Source: an uncultured virus (IMG/VR IMGVR_UViG_3300032247_001667)
Taxonomy: Duplodnaviria; Heunggongvirae; Uroviricota; Caudoviricetes
Direction: 5' to 3' (one strand)
IMG/VR virus record: IMGVR_UViG_3300032247_001667
Length of the DNA: 64,000 nt
The notes beneath the pieces were generated by a model. That model was not told the DNA's origin. It searched no databases and was given only the letters and a program-made list of their open reading frames with translations. A program made the translations under genes and the position numbers. Position 1 is the first letter of the stretch. Every line of letters starts with the position of its first letter. This document shows, piece by piece, positions 27,493 through 38,700 of the stretch.

Positions 27493-29412
27493 ATGAAGAA
27501 AAAGAAGATAGTTTATCAATCTGATTTTAGTTTAGCTAAAACAGGATTCGGTAGGGCTTGTAGAGCTTTACTATCTTACTTACATAAAACTGGTAAGTAT
27601 GAAGTAGTTAGTTATGCATGTGGTCTTCAATACTCCCATCCAGATTTAAAGAAAACTCCATGGAAATCAGTAGGTTCTCTACCAGATAATCCTCAAGAAA
27701 TTGAACAACTAAACAAAGATCCTCATATGGCTAGATTAGCTGGCTATGGTGGTCACCTTTTGGATCGAATTATTTCAGAGGAAAAACCAGATGTTTATAT
27801 TGCTGTTCAAGATATTTGGGGAATTGATTTTGCTATTCCTAAAAAATGGTTTAATAAAACTAATTCTGTGCTTTGGACAACTCTTGACTCTTTGCCAATT
27901 CTGCCATCTGCTGTAGAAGCAGCTAAAAAAGTAAAGAACTATTGGATTTGGAGTGATTTCGCTACTAAAGCGTTACATGAAATGGGTCATGAAAATGTTA
28001 AAACTGTACATGGACCAATTGAAACTAGTAATTTTCATAGACTGCCAGACGAGCAAAGATTAAATCTTAGAAAGAGATTTAATATCCCAGCTGATTCATT
28101 TATCATAGGATTCGTCTTTAGAAATCAATTAAGAAAAAGCGTACCCAATTTACTTGAGGGATATGCTCTTTGGAAAAGAAGTAATCCTCAAATTAAAAAC
28201 ACATTCTTGCTTCTGCATACTCATTGGGGAGAAGGATGGAACATTTATAAACTAGCAGACGAATATGGTGTTCCTAAGAATGAAATTTTAACTACTTATA
28301 TTTGTAAAAATTGTTTAAATTACGAAATCAAATCATTCCAAGGTCAAGATTTAAATTGTCCAATCTGTAAAGCGGAAAAAACTCAAACAACAACTAATGT
28401 TGGAATAGGCGTTACAGAAGAACAATTAAATGAAGTATATAATCTTATGGACGTTTATTGTCATCCATTTACAAGCGGTGGGCAAGAAATTCCAATTCAA
28501 GAAGCTAAACTAACAGAACTTATTACTCTTGTAACAGATTATAGTTGTGGTGAAGAAATGTGCAAAGATGAAGCCTATAGTCTACCATTAGAATGGACAG
28601 AGTATAGAGAGCATGGAACAGAATTCATTAAAGCTTCAACAAAACCTTCTTCTATAGCCAAACAAATTAATAAAGTATATAATCTTGCCCCAAATAAAAG
28701 AAAAGAAATGGGCAAGAAAGCTAGAGAATGGACTATTGAAAACTTTGCAGTAGAAAATATTGGTAAATTTATTGAGAAATTCATTGATGAATCTCCAGAA
28801 GTTAATTATGATTTCGATTTAAGCAAAGAAGAACAAAAAGATCCATATGCTCAAATAGAAGATATAAAAGATGATTCTCAATGGGTCAGTTCTTTATATA
28901 ATAAAATTTTAAAACTTCCAGAAGTAAATGATCAAGATGAAGGTCACAAATATTGGATGCAACAATTGAAACAAGGTGGTAAAAGAGTTGATATTGAAAA
29001 ATATTTCAGAGAAGTAGCATCGAAAGATAACGAAAAGAATAAGCAAACATCTTTTGAGGATCTTTTAGATAAAGATGATAAAGGTAAAAGGATACTTTAT
29101 GTCATGCCAGAAAGTGCTGGTGATGTATTTATGATTACTGCTTTATTTGATAGTTTGAAAGAAACTTATCCAGAATACAATCTTTATGTAGCAACTAAAC
29201 CAAATTTCTTTCCAATACTAGAAGGAAATCCTCATGTACATAAAGCTATACCATATAATCCACAAATGGATCAATTATTATGGCTAGAAGGAGCAGGGGA
29301 TCATCAAGGTTATTTTGAAATAGCTTTTATTCCTCACGTTAATACTCAAAGAATTTTAACTTATATTCATAATGGAAAGGATCGAATCGCATTCGATTTA
29401 AATAAAAAATGA
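27493..29412 (+). CDS. Multidomain glycosyltransferase: GT4 with Zn-ribbon insert, DUF4214-like domain, GT9 N-terminal lobe
   Basis: TGFG, RNQLRK, CKNC...CPIC, GGQEIPIQEA; LYNKIL...EGHKYW...L; AGDVFMITALFDSLKETYP...LEGNPHV. Confidence 0.8.
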   Translation: MKKKKIVYQSDFSLAKTGFGRACRALLSYLHKTGKYEVVSYACGLQYSHPDLKKTPWKSVGSLPDNPQEIEQLNKDPHMARLAGYGGHLLDRIISEEKPDVYIAVQDIWGIDFAIPKKWFNKTNSVLWTTLDSLPILPSAVEAAKKVKNYWIWSDFATKALHEMGHENVKTVHGPIETSNFHRLPDEQRLNLRKRFNIPADSFIIGFVFRNQLRKSVPNLLEGYALWKRSNPQIKNTFLLLHTHWGEGWNIYKLADEYGVPKNEILTTYICKNCLNYEIKSFQGQDLNCPICKAEKTQTTTNVGIGVTEEQLNEVYNLMDVYCHPFTSGGQEIPIQEAKLTELITLVTDYSCGEEMCKDEAYSLPLEWTEYREHGTEFIKASTKPSSIAKQINKVYNLAPNKRKEMGKKAREWTIENFAVENIGKFIEKFIDESPEVNYDFDLSKEEQKDPYAQIEDIKDDSQWVSSLYNKILKLPEVNDQDEGHKYWMQQLKQGGKRVDIEKYFREVASKDNEKNKQTSFEDLLDKDDKGKRILYVMPESAGDVFMITALFDSLKETYPEYNLYVATKPNFFPILEGNPHVHKAIPYNPQMDQLLWLEGAGDHQGYFEIAFIPHVNTQRILTYIHNGKDRIAFDLNKK

Positions 29413-30554
29413 AACTAGTAGAAACATACGCAGCTAATTCTGGTTTAACTATATCTAAACCATTTATATATGAAAAATTCTTTCCTCTTAATGTCGATAG
29501 ATATATAACAATTCATAAAGAAGTAAAGTATCCATCTAGAAAATATCTATACTGGCAAGAAGTTGTTGATATTTTAAATCCAATCCTACAAGAAAATAAC
29601 ATCAAAATATTACAAGTTGGCACAAAAGAAGACGAAATACTTATGAATGTTATGTCTAGCTTAGGAATGACATCTCTAAATCAATTAGCTTATATCATTA
29701 AGAATAGTATGCTTCATGTAGGAGTAGATAGCTTTCCAGTTCATCTAGCTTCATCCTATGATAAAAAGATTGTATCAATTTACTCTAATACAAATTCAAC
29801 TAACATGGGCCCATATTGGGGAGACAAAAAGAATCATATTCTAATTGAGGCAGATCGCAAAGGTAAAAAGCCATCTTATAGTTTTGATGAGTTTCCTAAA
29901 ACAATTAATACAATTAAGCCAGAAGAAATTGCTAAATCTGTTTTAAAATTATTAGATATACCATTTAAGAATATGCCAACAACAATTCAATTTGGAGAAG
30001 GTTATTCAACTAAAAGTTTAGAAATTATTCCAGATGGATTAATTAATCCTCAATCAATTCCAATTGATAATCCAATTATTAGAATGGATTATGTATTCAA
30101 TGAAGAAGTGCTTCATGCATTTTTGCAACAAAAGAAATGTTTAATTTTTACAAATAAACCAATTAATCTTGACTTATTGAGTGCGTTTAAACCTAATGTA
30201 GCACAAGTAATATATATTGTTGATGAAAATAATGATTATAAATTCATTAAAAATCTTAAAAATCGCGGTATTCCATATGCTATGATATCTTATTTAGATG
30301 GTAAAAAGCTAAATGAATATAAGCTAGAATATATGGATTACGGATTAATTCTAGAAAAGAAATATGCAACAAAGAATATAGATGACATTAAAGACTTATA
30401 TTATAAATCTAGTAGGATTTTAGTTTCAACTAAAGGTCAATTTGATTCAAAATATCAATGGTTGAATACTACTAAAGATAATAAAGTCGTAGATAACCAA
30501 GACTTCTGGAAAGACTCAGATTCTTTTTACATATTCAAACTTGACAAACAATAA
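29409..30554 (+). CDS. GT9 C-terminal-lobe protein plus an unknown domain
   Basis: YWQEVVD, LNQLAYII...HVGVDSFPVHLA...IVSIY...GPY. Confidence 0.75.
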   Translation: MKLVETYAANSGLTISKPFIYEKFFPLNVDRYITIHKEVKYPSRKYLYWQEVVDILNPILQENNIKILQVGTKEDEILMNVMSSLGMTSLNQLAYIIKNSMLHVGVDSFPVHLASSYDKKIVSIYSNTNSTNMGPYWGDKKNHILIEADRKGKKPSYSFDEFPKTINTIKPEEIAKSVLKLLDIPFKNMPTTIQFGEGYSTKSLEIIPDGLINPQSIPIDNPIIRMDYVFNEEVLHAFLQQKKCLIFTNKPINLDLLSAFKPNVAQVIYIVDENNDYKFIKNLKNRGIPYAMISYLDGKKLNEYKLEYMDYGLILEKKYATKNIDDIKDLYYKSSRILVSTKGQFDSKYQWLNTTKDNKVVDNQDFWKDSDSFYIFKLDKQ

Positions 30555-30569
30555 TATATCCTGTATCAT
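30541..30569 (+). promoter_or_regulatory. Sigma70-type promoter giving a leaderless transcript
   Basis: TTGACA(30541-30546)-17 nt-TATCAT(30564-30569); ATG at 30576. Confidence 0.8.
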
Positions 30570-30575
30570 TTAAAT

Positions 30576-31355
30576 ATGATAAATGAAACAGAAACAACTA
30601 TTATACCTCCAAATATAACTTTCACAGAAGATATTCTTGATGCAGATTGCAAGAATTGTCCACCTAAATTAGTATCTCGCAATAAATATGGTCTATTAGA
30701 AGACGAAAGCATTAAATATGTCTTCAATGACGATGGACTTATTAATTGGAGAGGAATGGTTAAAACTCAATATCTCGTACCCAATAGACAAAAGACTCAA
30801 GAAACAGATGTATCAAAGCTAGAAGATAAAGATTTATTAATTCTACTTGGTGGCACTAAAGAGTTGGCTCAAATTCGTGGATATACAAAGGTAGAATATA
30901 AAGTAGTTGCTGCTACTGAGAATTATTTTGCTACAAGTTGCAGAATTACTTGGTTGCCTAATTATGAAACGAATGGAAAAGAAATTGTTTTTGAATCTCT
31001 AGCTGACGCTAGTACTTCTAATACTAAAAGTTTTGCTAGATTCTTTTTAGCTGCAATTGCAGAGAATAGAGCTTTCGTAAGATGTGTTCGTAATTTTTTA
31101 AAGATTAATATCGTCAGTCAAGAAGAACTTGGAGATGTTAAGGTATTAGATGAAGCTGTTGCGGTAGAGAATCCAACTTCTCCTCACAATCTTCTTGAGA
31201 AAATTATGAAAGATAAGGGTATTAATTTTGAAACTCTTAAAGAAAGACTAGTTAAAGAAAAATTTGAAAAGGTAGATGATATTAAAGCTATATCTGATAT
31301 TCCTAAAGCTAAAATCTTTGAATTGATAGAACGAATTAAAAAGATTAAAAAGTAA
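30576..31355 (+). CDS. Putative single-strand annealing protein (Rad52/Redbeta superfamily)
   Basis: AIAENRAFVRCVRNFLKINIVSQEEL resembles the SSAP AExRA..R.....EE motif; small helical C-terminal domain. Confidence 0.55.
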   Translation: MINETETTIIPPNITFTEDILDADCKNCPPKLVSRNKYGLLEDESIKYVFNDDGLINWRGMVKTQYLVPNRQKTQETDVSKLEDKDLLILLGGTKELAQIRGYTKVEYKVVAATENYFATSCRITWLPNYETNGKEIVFESLADASTSNTKSFARFFLAAIAENRAFVRCVRNFLKINIVSQEELGDVKVLDEAVAVENPTSPHNLLEKIMKDKGINFETLKERLVKEKFEKVDDIKAISDIPKAKIFELIERIKKIKK

Positions 31356-32534
31356 TTATTTTTTATCTCCAGCAATAACTTTGAGTTTAGTATAAACTGG
31401 AGTAGGAGCATAAGCTTCTATATAAGCTGTTGTAATAAATCCATTTATAATATAATAATTATCTGGATTTGGATAAAAGCATTCTATAGATCCAAATGGG
31501 AAAGAATACATTGGTATTGAGGCGCCATTAAATAGAGTTGCACCAACGTAATCTCCATATCCAGAACTAGAAGCATCGCCGATAATGATTTCAAAATAAG
31601 GCCAGTAAATATTTTTATTTCTTCCATATTTAATTTCTTCTCCTAATATATTATTCTTTACTCCTTTGTAATAAGGTTCTTTACTTTTCTGAACAGTCGT
31701 AATAAAATCTGAAAAATCAACAGTAATAGAACTAGAGCTTATTGCAGTTAAATTAGATTGGACATTGTTAATATAATTATTAATTTCATTTGTTCTTTTT
31801 AGCAATAAATTTGGATCAAGACTAGGATTTTTTTTCAACTCTTCTAGATCTTTTTTAAAGAATAATTTAAGATCATTGATATAAGCGGCAATATCAGTGC
31901 TTTTTAATCTACTAAAAGAAGTTTTAAATAGTGGCCCACCTGCAACCATATGATTATTTGTGGCGTTAAATACTACTTTATTTGCTGCAAAACTTTGACT
32001 AAAGTTTTCAAATGGAACACCATTGTAGTATATCTTTTTAACTAATTTTTGAGTTTTTTTGTCAATTAAAAATTTATCACGAATCAAGACTCTTTCTCCT
32101 AGTATTACTGATTTTTTATTAGTATTTAAATACGCTTCTTTTAAATAAACAGTTGATTTAAAAATTCTATTAGAATAACCATTTAATGGTTGAGCTGCAG
32201 CTTGAAGTGTGTCTACAACATTTCCACATAACTGACTAGTTTGTAATGCCTGTACTGCACTTTGTATATTAATTGGAACTGGACCAAATAATCCTCCTCC
32301 ACCACCTAAAACAAATGCAACTAAATTATTTTTTAATTGTAATATCTTCCAAAAAATATCACCAAATTGTTTTTCTTGATAATACACTGGTCTAGTTTTT
32401 GAAGGTGAAGCAGTTTCTTGAAATGGTAATTTTCTTTGTAATTTTAATCCATATATATCAGCTCTAACTGGCATAGCGCCAAATCTGATATTTTTATCGT
32501 TGCTAGTGATAAGTATTGATGGATAAGAATTCAT
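31356..32534 (-). CDS. Hypothetical protein (end of the tail module)
   Basis: 392-aa ORF in the - strand operon. Confidence 0.7.
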   Translation of the reverse strand: MNSYPSILITSNDKNIRFGAMPVRADIYGLKLQRKLPFQETASPSKTRPVYYQEKQFGDIFWKILQLKNNLVAFVLGGGGGLFGPVPINIQSAVQALQTSQLCGNVVDTLQAAAQPLNGYSNRIFKSTVYLKEAYLNTNKKSVILGERVLIRDKFLIDKKTQKLVKKIYYNGVPFENFSQSFAANKVVFNATNNHMVAGGPLFKTSFSRLKSTDIAAYINDLKLFFKKDLEELKKNPSLDPNLLLKRTNEINNYINNVQSNLTAISSSSITVDFSDFITTVQKSKEPYYKGVKNNILGEEIKYGRNKNIYWPYFEIIIGDASSSGYGDYVGATLFNGASIPMYSFPFGSIECFYPNPDNYYIINGFITTAYIEAYAPTPVYTKLKVIAGDKK

Positions 32535-32536
32535 GA

Positions 32537-33235
32537 TTAACCTTTGGTATAATCATAAAATAAATAAGTTCCACCAAAAAATGGAATTGGATAAGCTACT
32601 GGAATACCATCATAATTAAAAGTTTGTAAAATAATATTAGTATTTAAAAGTTGAACTAAATACTGAGTTGTCATTTTTTTAGTTTGAGGATTATAAAGAT
32701 ATATAACTTTACCAGTACTACTATCTGAAGTTACATTAGCAATTGGTACATAAGCATATCTTTGATATCGTGTGACTGTGCTATTTTTAAGCTGACCTTG
32801 ATCATCAAATTCCAATGGTGGATCAAATCCAATCATTTCTGGAAATCCATTCCATGGTCTATAATATGATTTTGGACTAGTATCATGTTCTGATGGCAAA
32901 CAAACTACTTCTGCGGAAAGTATATTTAAATTTTGACTTATTTCTAATTCTAAATAAATAATTGAATCTGTATGCGGATCTATTTCTGCGCCGAGTTTTT
33001 TTATAACATGTCTATCTGTATTTCCTTCTTTAGCCTTTATAAGCTGTTCAGTTTCCTTATCTAGAAGACTTGGAGCAATCATTATATCTTTTAAATTAAA
33101 AGATTTATATATAACAGATCTTGGATTTACTATAAATTTAGTACTATTGTCTTTGGCTGTAACAGTAGTTACTTCAAATGGTATTGAATTACCACCTCCA
33201 CCACTGCCTACATTTATTGATTTTCTTCTTGCCAT
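32537..33235 (-). CDS. Hypothetical protein
   Basis: 232-aa ORF tightly packed in the operon. Confidence 0.7.
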   Translation of the reverse strand: MARRKSINVGSGGGGNSIPFEVTTVTAKDNSTKFIVNPRSVIYKSFNLKDIMIAPSLLDKETEQLIKAKEGNTDRHVIKKLGAEIDPHTDSIIYLELEISQNLNILSAEVVCLPSEHDTSPKSYYRPWNGFPEMIGFDPPLEFDDQGQLKNSTVTRYQRYAYVPIANVTSDSSTGKVIYLYNPQTKKMTTQYLVQLLNTNIILQTFNYDGIPVAYPIPFFGGTYLFYDYTKG

Positions 33236-33236
33236 A

Positions 33237-35762
33237 TTATTGTACTGGGACTGTAATACCAGTTGGTACTGTTATTGTTGTATTCAATTGAGTATTCCCT
33301 GTTAGTATTATATTGTAACTATAGCCAGATATTCCACTATTTAAACTTATATTTAATTTAACTACGTCAACACTAGCGAAATCTGGAGAATTAGTATAAC
33401 TGACACTAAATGTTTTTCTATTAACTGTTTCTTTGGAGTATCCAGTATAATTAGTAGATATAGTACTTTCTGTGAATATACCAGTATTTTTAATATTAAT
33501 ATATTCAGAAATTCCATTATTAGTAGCAACTTCATATAAATCCCATAGCCCAGTAAATGGTCTATAACCAATTAATCCAGTAATATCTTTTACTAATGTG
33601 CCAGTAATTAATTGTTGGAAATAACCAGTTATATATAAACCAGTATTTAATAATCCAGTAAAGATACCAGTAGGTGTCATTGGATTTCTATAAGTGACTC
33701 CACTAGTAAAATATTCTCCACTAATCGCTGGAACTCCAGTAGATCCTTGAGATATTACTCTAAAGAAATTTCCCTCATAACCACGAATTAAAGATTCTAA
33801 TATTAAATTATTATTTTGAATAGTTGATTTTACTGAATAATCTCCACTACCAGAATTAATTATATTATTTAAAGTATTAATACTATTGAAATATACTGGA
33901 GGAGTAAATTCTGATCCAGTTTCATATATGAAATTAAAATTAGATCCAGTAGCATCATTTGTTAATATAATAAAATCACCTAAAATTGGATTATTATAAT
34001 TTAATACTCCAGAAGCATTTCTATATCCAACTGGTTGAGTAGTAAATGCAGATAAAGTTTGACCACTTACTAATCTATTGAAATCAATAATTCCAGTTCC
34101 TATCCCACTTACTGATCCACTTATTAATCCAAAACAATTAACATTATTTCTTAAAAGTGGATAATTTTGTAGATAACCATAAACTGTTAGATCTTGTTCT
34201 TGACTAACAAATGCCGTTCTACCTCTCAAGATTGCATCTAAAGCATTAATAGTTGGAACTTCTCCATTTATAGATACTGTATTTAAAACAGTAAATGTTT
34301 GATTGAAAGTTCCAGTTCCAAAAACTGAATATTGAACTTTTTTAATAAACGTAATAGTTTGATCTTCTACACTGTAAAAATAATCATTGAATGTTGCAAT
34401 ACCAGTAAATTCACCAAGATAAGTTTTTTCTCTATAACCTACTGGCGGACCAATATTTATATCTCCACCAATCATTTTCAAATTTTCTGATTTTAGGAAA
34501 GTTTTATTTTCGTATATTATATTGTTCATTGGTGGTTCATAATTAAAATTAATAATTTGATTTTGACTATTCAAACCCCAACCTGTAACATTTTTATTAT
34601 TTAAAACAACTAAACTATGAAATCCACCAGCACTTATACCATTTACATTATTTAAATTATTTCCTCCGAGAGCTTGATTATAAGTATTGTCGCCCCATCC
34701 AGTTATTTTACCATTTGATAATAAAGCTAAATTATGATCCCATCCTGCGCTGATTTCTATTACCCCAGTTAAATTATTTCCACCTAAAGCTTTACCAGAA
34801 GTATTGTCTCCCCAACCAGTAACTTGTCCATTATTTAATAATGCTAATGAATGAGTAGCTCCAGCACTTATACTGGAAACTCCAGTAAGATATAATCCAC
34901 TCAATGATTCTCCATAAGTATTCGCTCCCCAACCAGTTATAGTTCCATTATTAAATAAAACTAATCCAAAAGAATTTCCAGCATTAATATCAACTATTCC
35001 AGTTAAATTTGATAAAGGAGTTTGACTCCAACTAGATACATTTCCAGTTGTTCCAGAAGTTTGCCCATAACTATTATTGCCCCAACCTGTTATTGTTCCA
35101 TTATTAAAAAGCGCCATACTAAAAGAATTTTGAGTACTTATTTTTTGTACACCAGATAATCTTCCTACTGGAGTTTGATTCCAATCTGTATAAGATGGAA
35201 TTCCTGCAATTTTTCCATAACTATTATCACCAAATCCAGTAATAGTTCCATTTTCAAATAAAATTAAAGAATGAGTTGTTCCAGCTTGAATTTCTTTTAT
35301 GTTACTTAAATCTTTGGGACCCAATTGATTATATGAATTTGATCCATTACCACCATATGTTTTATCATTATATAAGTAAAGACTATAATCATATCCTGCA
35401 TGAACTTTATTAATATAAATATCAATAAACTCTCCAGTAACATATCCAGAGGCAATAAAGAATCCAGAAGGATCAGTGGTTCCAACATCTACTACATTAA
35501 TATAACCAGTTTTTGTAGTTAGTCTTATTGAAGAATAATTAGAATCAAATATATCAGTAACACCAGTAAATATAAAATTAGATGCTTCAAAATTAAAATC
35601 ATAATCAGAAAAGATGCTAACATTTTGAGCTATCATTCTTGGCTCTACTCTGCTTATAAATCCATTTATAAATTCTCTTTTAGCTAAAGTAGCTTTATCT
35701 ATTGGTGCGCTTTGAAAGCCACTCATATAGATTCTAGCAAATTTATATCCTGAAAATGACAT
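33237..35762 (-). CDS. RCC1-repeat tail/virion protein
   Basis: Tandem GxVTGWGxNxxG...LTGVxxISAGxxHSLALL repeats. Confidence 0.8.
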   Translation of the reverse strand: MSFSGYKFARIYMSGFQSAPIDKATLAKREFINGFISRVEPRMIAQNVSIFSDYDFNFEASNFIFTGVTDIFDSNYSSIRLTTKTGYINVVDVGTTDPSGFFIASGYVTGEFIDIYINKVHAGYDYSLYLYNDKTYGGNGSNSYNQLGPKDLSNIKEIQAGTTHSLILFENGTITGFGDNSYGKIAGIPSYTDWNQTPVGRLSGVQKISTQNSFSMALFNNGTITGWGNNSYGQTSGTTGNVSSWSQTPLSNLTGIVDINAGNSFGLVLFNNGTITGWGANTYGESLSGLYLTGVSSISAGATHSLALLNNGQVTGWGDNTSGKALGGNNLTGVIEISAGWDHNLALLSNGKITGWGDNTYNQALGGNNLNNVNGISAGGFHSLVVLNNKNVTGWGLNSQNQIINFNYEPPMNNIIYENKTFLKSENLKMIGGDINIGPPVGYREKTYLGEFTGIATFNDYFYSVEDQTITFIKKVQYSVFGTGTFNQTFTVLNTVSINGEVPTINALDAILRGRTAFVSQEQDLTVYGYLQNYPLLRNNVNCFGLISGSVSGIGTGIIDFNRLVSGQTLSAFTTQPVGYRNASGVLNYNNPILGDFIILTNDATGSNFNFIYETGSEFTPPVYFNSINTLNNIINSGSGDYSVKSTIQNNNLILESLIRGYEGNFFRVISQGSTGVPAISGEYFTSGVTYRNPMTPTGIFTGLLNTGLYITGYFQQLITGTLVKDITGLIGYRPFTGLWDLYEVATNNGISEYINIKNTGIFTESTISTNYTGYSKETVNRKTFSVSYTNSPDFASVDVVKLNISLNSGISGYSYNIILTGNTQLNTTITVPTGITVPVQ

Positions 35763-35789
35763 ATTCCTTTTACCTGTTATTAATTACAC
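35763..35789 (-). promoter_or_regulatory. GTGTAA-N8-AGG-N4-AGG element
   Basis: Reverse complement GTGTAA TTAATAAC AGG TAAA AGG AAT ATG. Confidence 0.8.
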
Positions 35790-38700
35790 TCATCTGTAAT
35801 CAGTAAATCCTACTCTGAATACATTTTCTTCAACTAGCATGGTCTTTTCTTGAGTTTGTTCTTGTTGCTTATCGCCATTATCGTCTTCTTTTACTCCGCT
35901 TTCTTTTGGCTCTGCTCCAGAAATTGGACATCCAGAAGGAATCCATAATTCTATGTATCCACTTCCACATATTTTACTGAATTTTCCAGCAGTAGGAACA
36001 CATACAATTGTTGCTCCATTTCCTGTTTGGAATTGTTTGTTTCCAGATTCAATTTGATCTATTAAATTAGAAAGATCGCCACTAGTTGTCGTTGCCCCGC
36101 TTGGAACAATTCTATTTCCAGTTGTTGCGCTTATTGGTACAGTTATTTCTCTTGTAACTTTTGTATTATTAATTGCTGCGTAATTTATAGTTCCACCAGC
36201 GGTATTATAGCTTGTTGATAAAATATTTACTGGTTGAACATCTTCACTTGACACAACTTTATTCCAATTTACTCCATCATTTGAACCTTGAAGCTCAATT
36301 GTTTTTGGTACTAAGTAAGAAGTAATAACTGCTCTTGGACCAAATGTTATAAAAATTTGATGTTCTCCTAATCTACCACTTTGCAAACTAGTTAAACTAA
36401 TTGTTGATTCATCATTTAGTGCTGCAGATAGTAATGGCCCATAACTATATGATGGATACTTAGCGTATAACATCGGTAACCAAGTATAAATTCCAGTCGA
36501 ATTAAATTTTAAATTTATCTTATCTACTAATTCAGAAGTTGTAAAGAAATATTTATCTCCAGTATTTGTTGTTGAATATATAAATTCAGCATTCACTGGA
36601 GAATGAATTGGATCAAATCCATATATACTTTTATGAACTTGTTCGAAAGGATAAGCGTATTGATTAAATGATATTCTATCTCCATCAATAAAACTACTTA
36701 CATTACTTATTTGACCAGAATAATAGCTATTTGGTCCATAATTGTCTTTTATTGATTTTAAAGTTATTGCATCTAAAAAGTAAAGTCCATATTGTTGATT
36801 AATTGTATTTTCATTAACATTTTTTGGTCTATCAAATAAATTATCTTGATTACATGCTATGAATGTGTCTGTTCCACCGCCTCCTCCCGCTCCAACTCCA
36901 AGTTCTTTTTTACAATCAACTTGTTCTTGACATTGACAGCATAAACTAAATAATTTATCATTCAAAGCTATCCTATAAAATCCTGGATTAGAATTTGTGA
37001 ATATATAATCAACTAATTTTCCATATATTGCATATGGCATTTTAGCTTGAGGAATATCTATAAATGTTTGACTTGGATTATTAGATCTTATTTTAAGAGC
37101 TTGAGAACATATAGCACAACTGAAATCTGCACTACATGGATCTTGTTCGGTTGGATTAGGTTGAATAACTACTTGTTTTGGAGGGCAATAATTTTCTGAT
37201 ATATATTTTTTATATGTCAAATATGGAATTTGATTAGCATTTAAGACTTGTCCAGTTTTAAATGTTTTATAGTCAATTGTAAAAGCTTTAAGTTCATTTT
37301 TATTTGTAGATTCTATTCCACTGGGAGTTGTTATATTATCTAATGTATAAGTTAAACCTAATACTTCATTAATTTGAGTATATATATCTAATTCTGGTTC
37401 ATTTTCTGAAAAGTCTATATTTAGATTAGAAACATTTGTATAAGTGTTTGAACTTATTATTTGATTATTTGAATTATATCCAAAATTAAAAAGCTGTTCA
37501 TCACTTTTAACATTAATTCCATATGCATAATCTTTTTCTAAACCAATATTAAATGGTTGATAATTATTAATATCAAATATTTTTGTAGTAGATAATGAAC
37601 CTGTTATTTGTATTTCATAATCTAAATTATTTACAAGAAAATCTTTTAAGATTTTTAAATCTGTAGTATATTTTGATACTAATGGTAATTGTGTTATTTG
37701 AAATGTATTTGATATTTGAGTAGCTGGATTATAAAATTCATTTCCAGTTTGACTTGCAGTAATAGTAGCTGTTCCAATTGATTTCAGTATAACCAAATTT
37801 CCACTTAAAAAAATTACTCCAGTACTACTTGTGCTATAAGTAATAGGTAAACTTGAACTATTAGTTGCATTTAAATAAAAAGCGCTATCAGTAATAACTT
37901 TATCTAAAATTGTTGGAAAATTAATAGTTTGATCAGCTTTTGTTACATTAACATTTGCATCAGTTAATGAATTAAGATAATATGGAGAACTTGGAATAAA
38001 TGTTACTGGATAATTAAATATCCCTGTATTGTTTGGAATAGTTTGAGGATTACTCCAAGTAAACGTACCAGGAACATCTGCAGCGCCACCAGTTAAATTT
38101 GAATTTGATAAACTTTGATTATATTGAATAGAAGTTCCAATTGGTTTAGTTATAATATTTGGAGTTCCTAAAGTTTCATAAACTGCAACAGGAAGCGGCC
38201 CAACCATTAATTTATTGCCACTATCATTAAAACTTAGGTTTTGACCAAAAGGATTTAATGATGGAAGTGAAAAAGGCCAAAGAGTGTTTCCAGCAGATGG
38301 ATATGGAGTTTCTAAATCATAAAATCCAGTAAATATTTTATTTGCATCTAAACCAGAATAAATTCTTATCCAACCAGGAAACCCTCCTTCATTTGGATAT
38401 GGTGTATTAATATCCGTTTTTGCCGCGCCTGGTTCGACACTAATACCTAGCATATTTCCAGAAGAATTTAAACTTATATTCTTAATAACATAAGGAGTAA
38501 AATTTATTTCTTGATTTATTTTCCAACTTCCAGAAGAAATATTTCCAGTTAAGATGTATATTTTGCTATATCCTGTTCCATTAGCTATCCATTGTGATGA
38601 AGTCGCAGCGATTAAATTTCCTTCTGAATTTATTTTTACATTTGGAGATAGAGATCTATTATTTTGCCATCCTACTCCAGTTATTTTTGCTATTTGATCC

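Noticed and set aside
31342..31368. Bidirectional terminator at the convergence point (abutting stops TAA/TTA)
   Set aside because: Only a weak AT-rich imperfect inverted repeat with no GC stem, not enough to call a terminator
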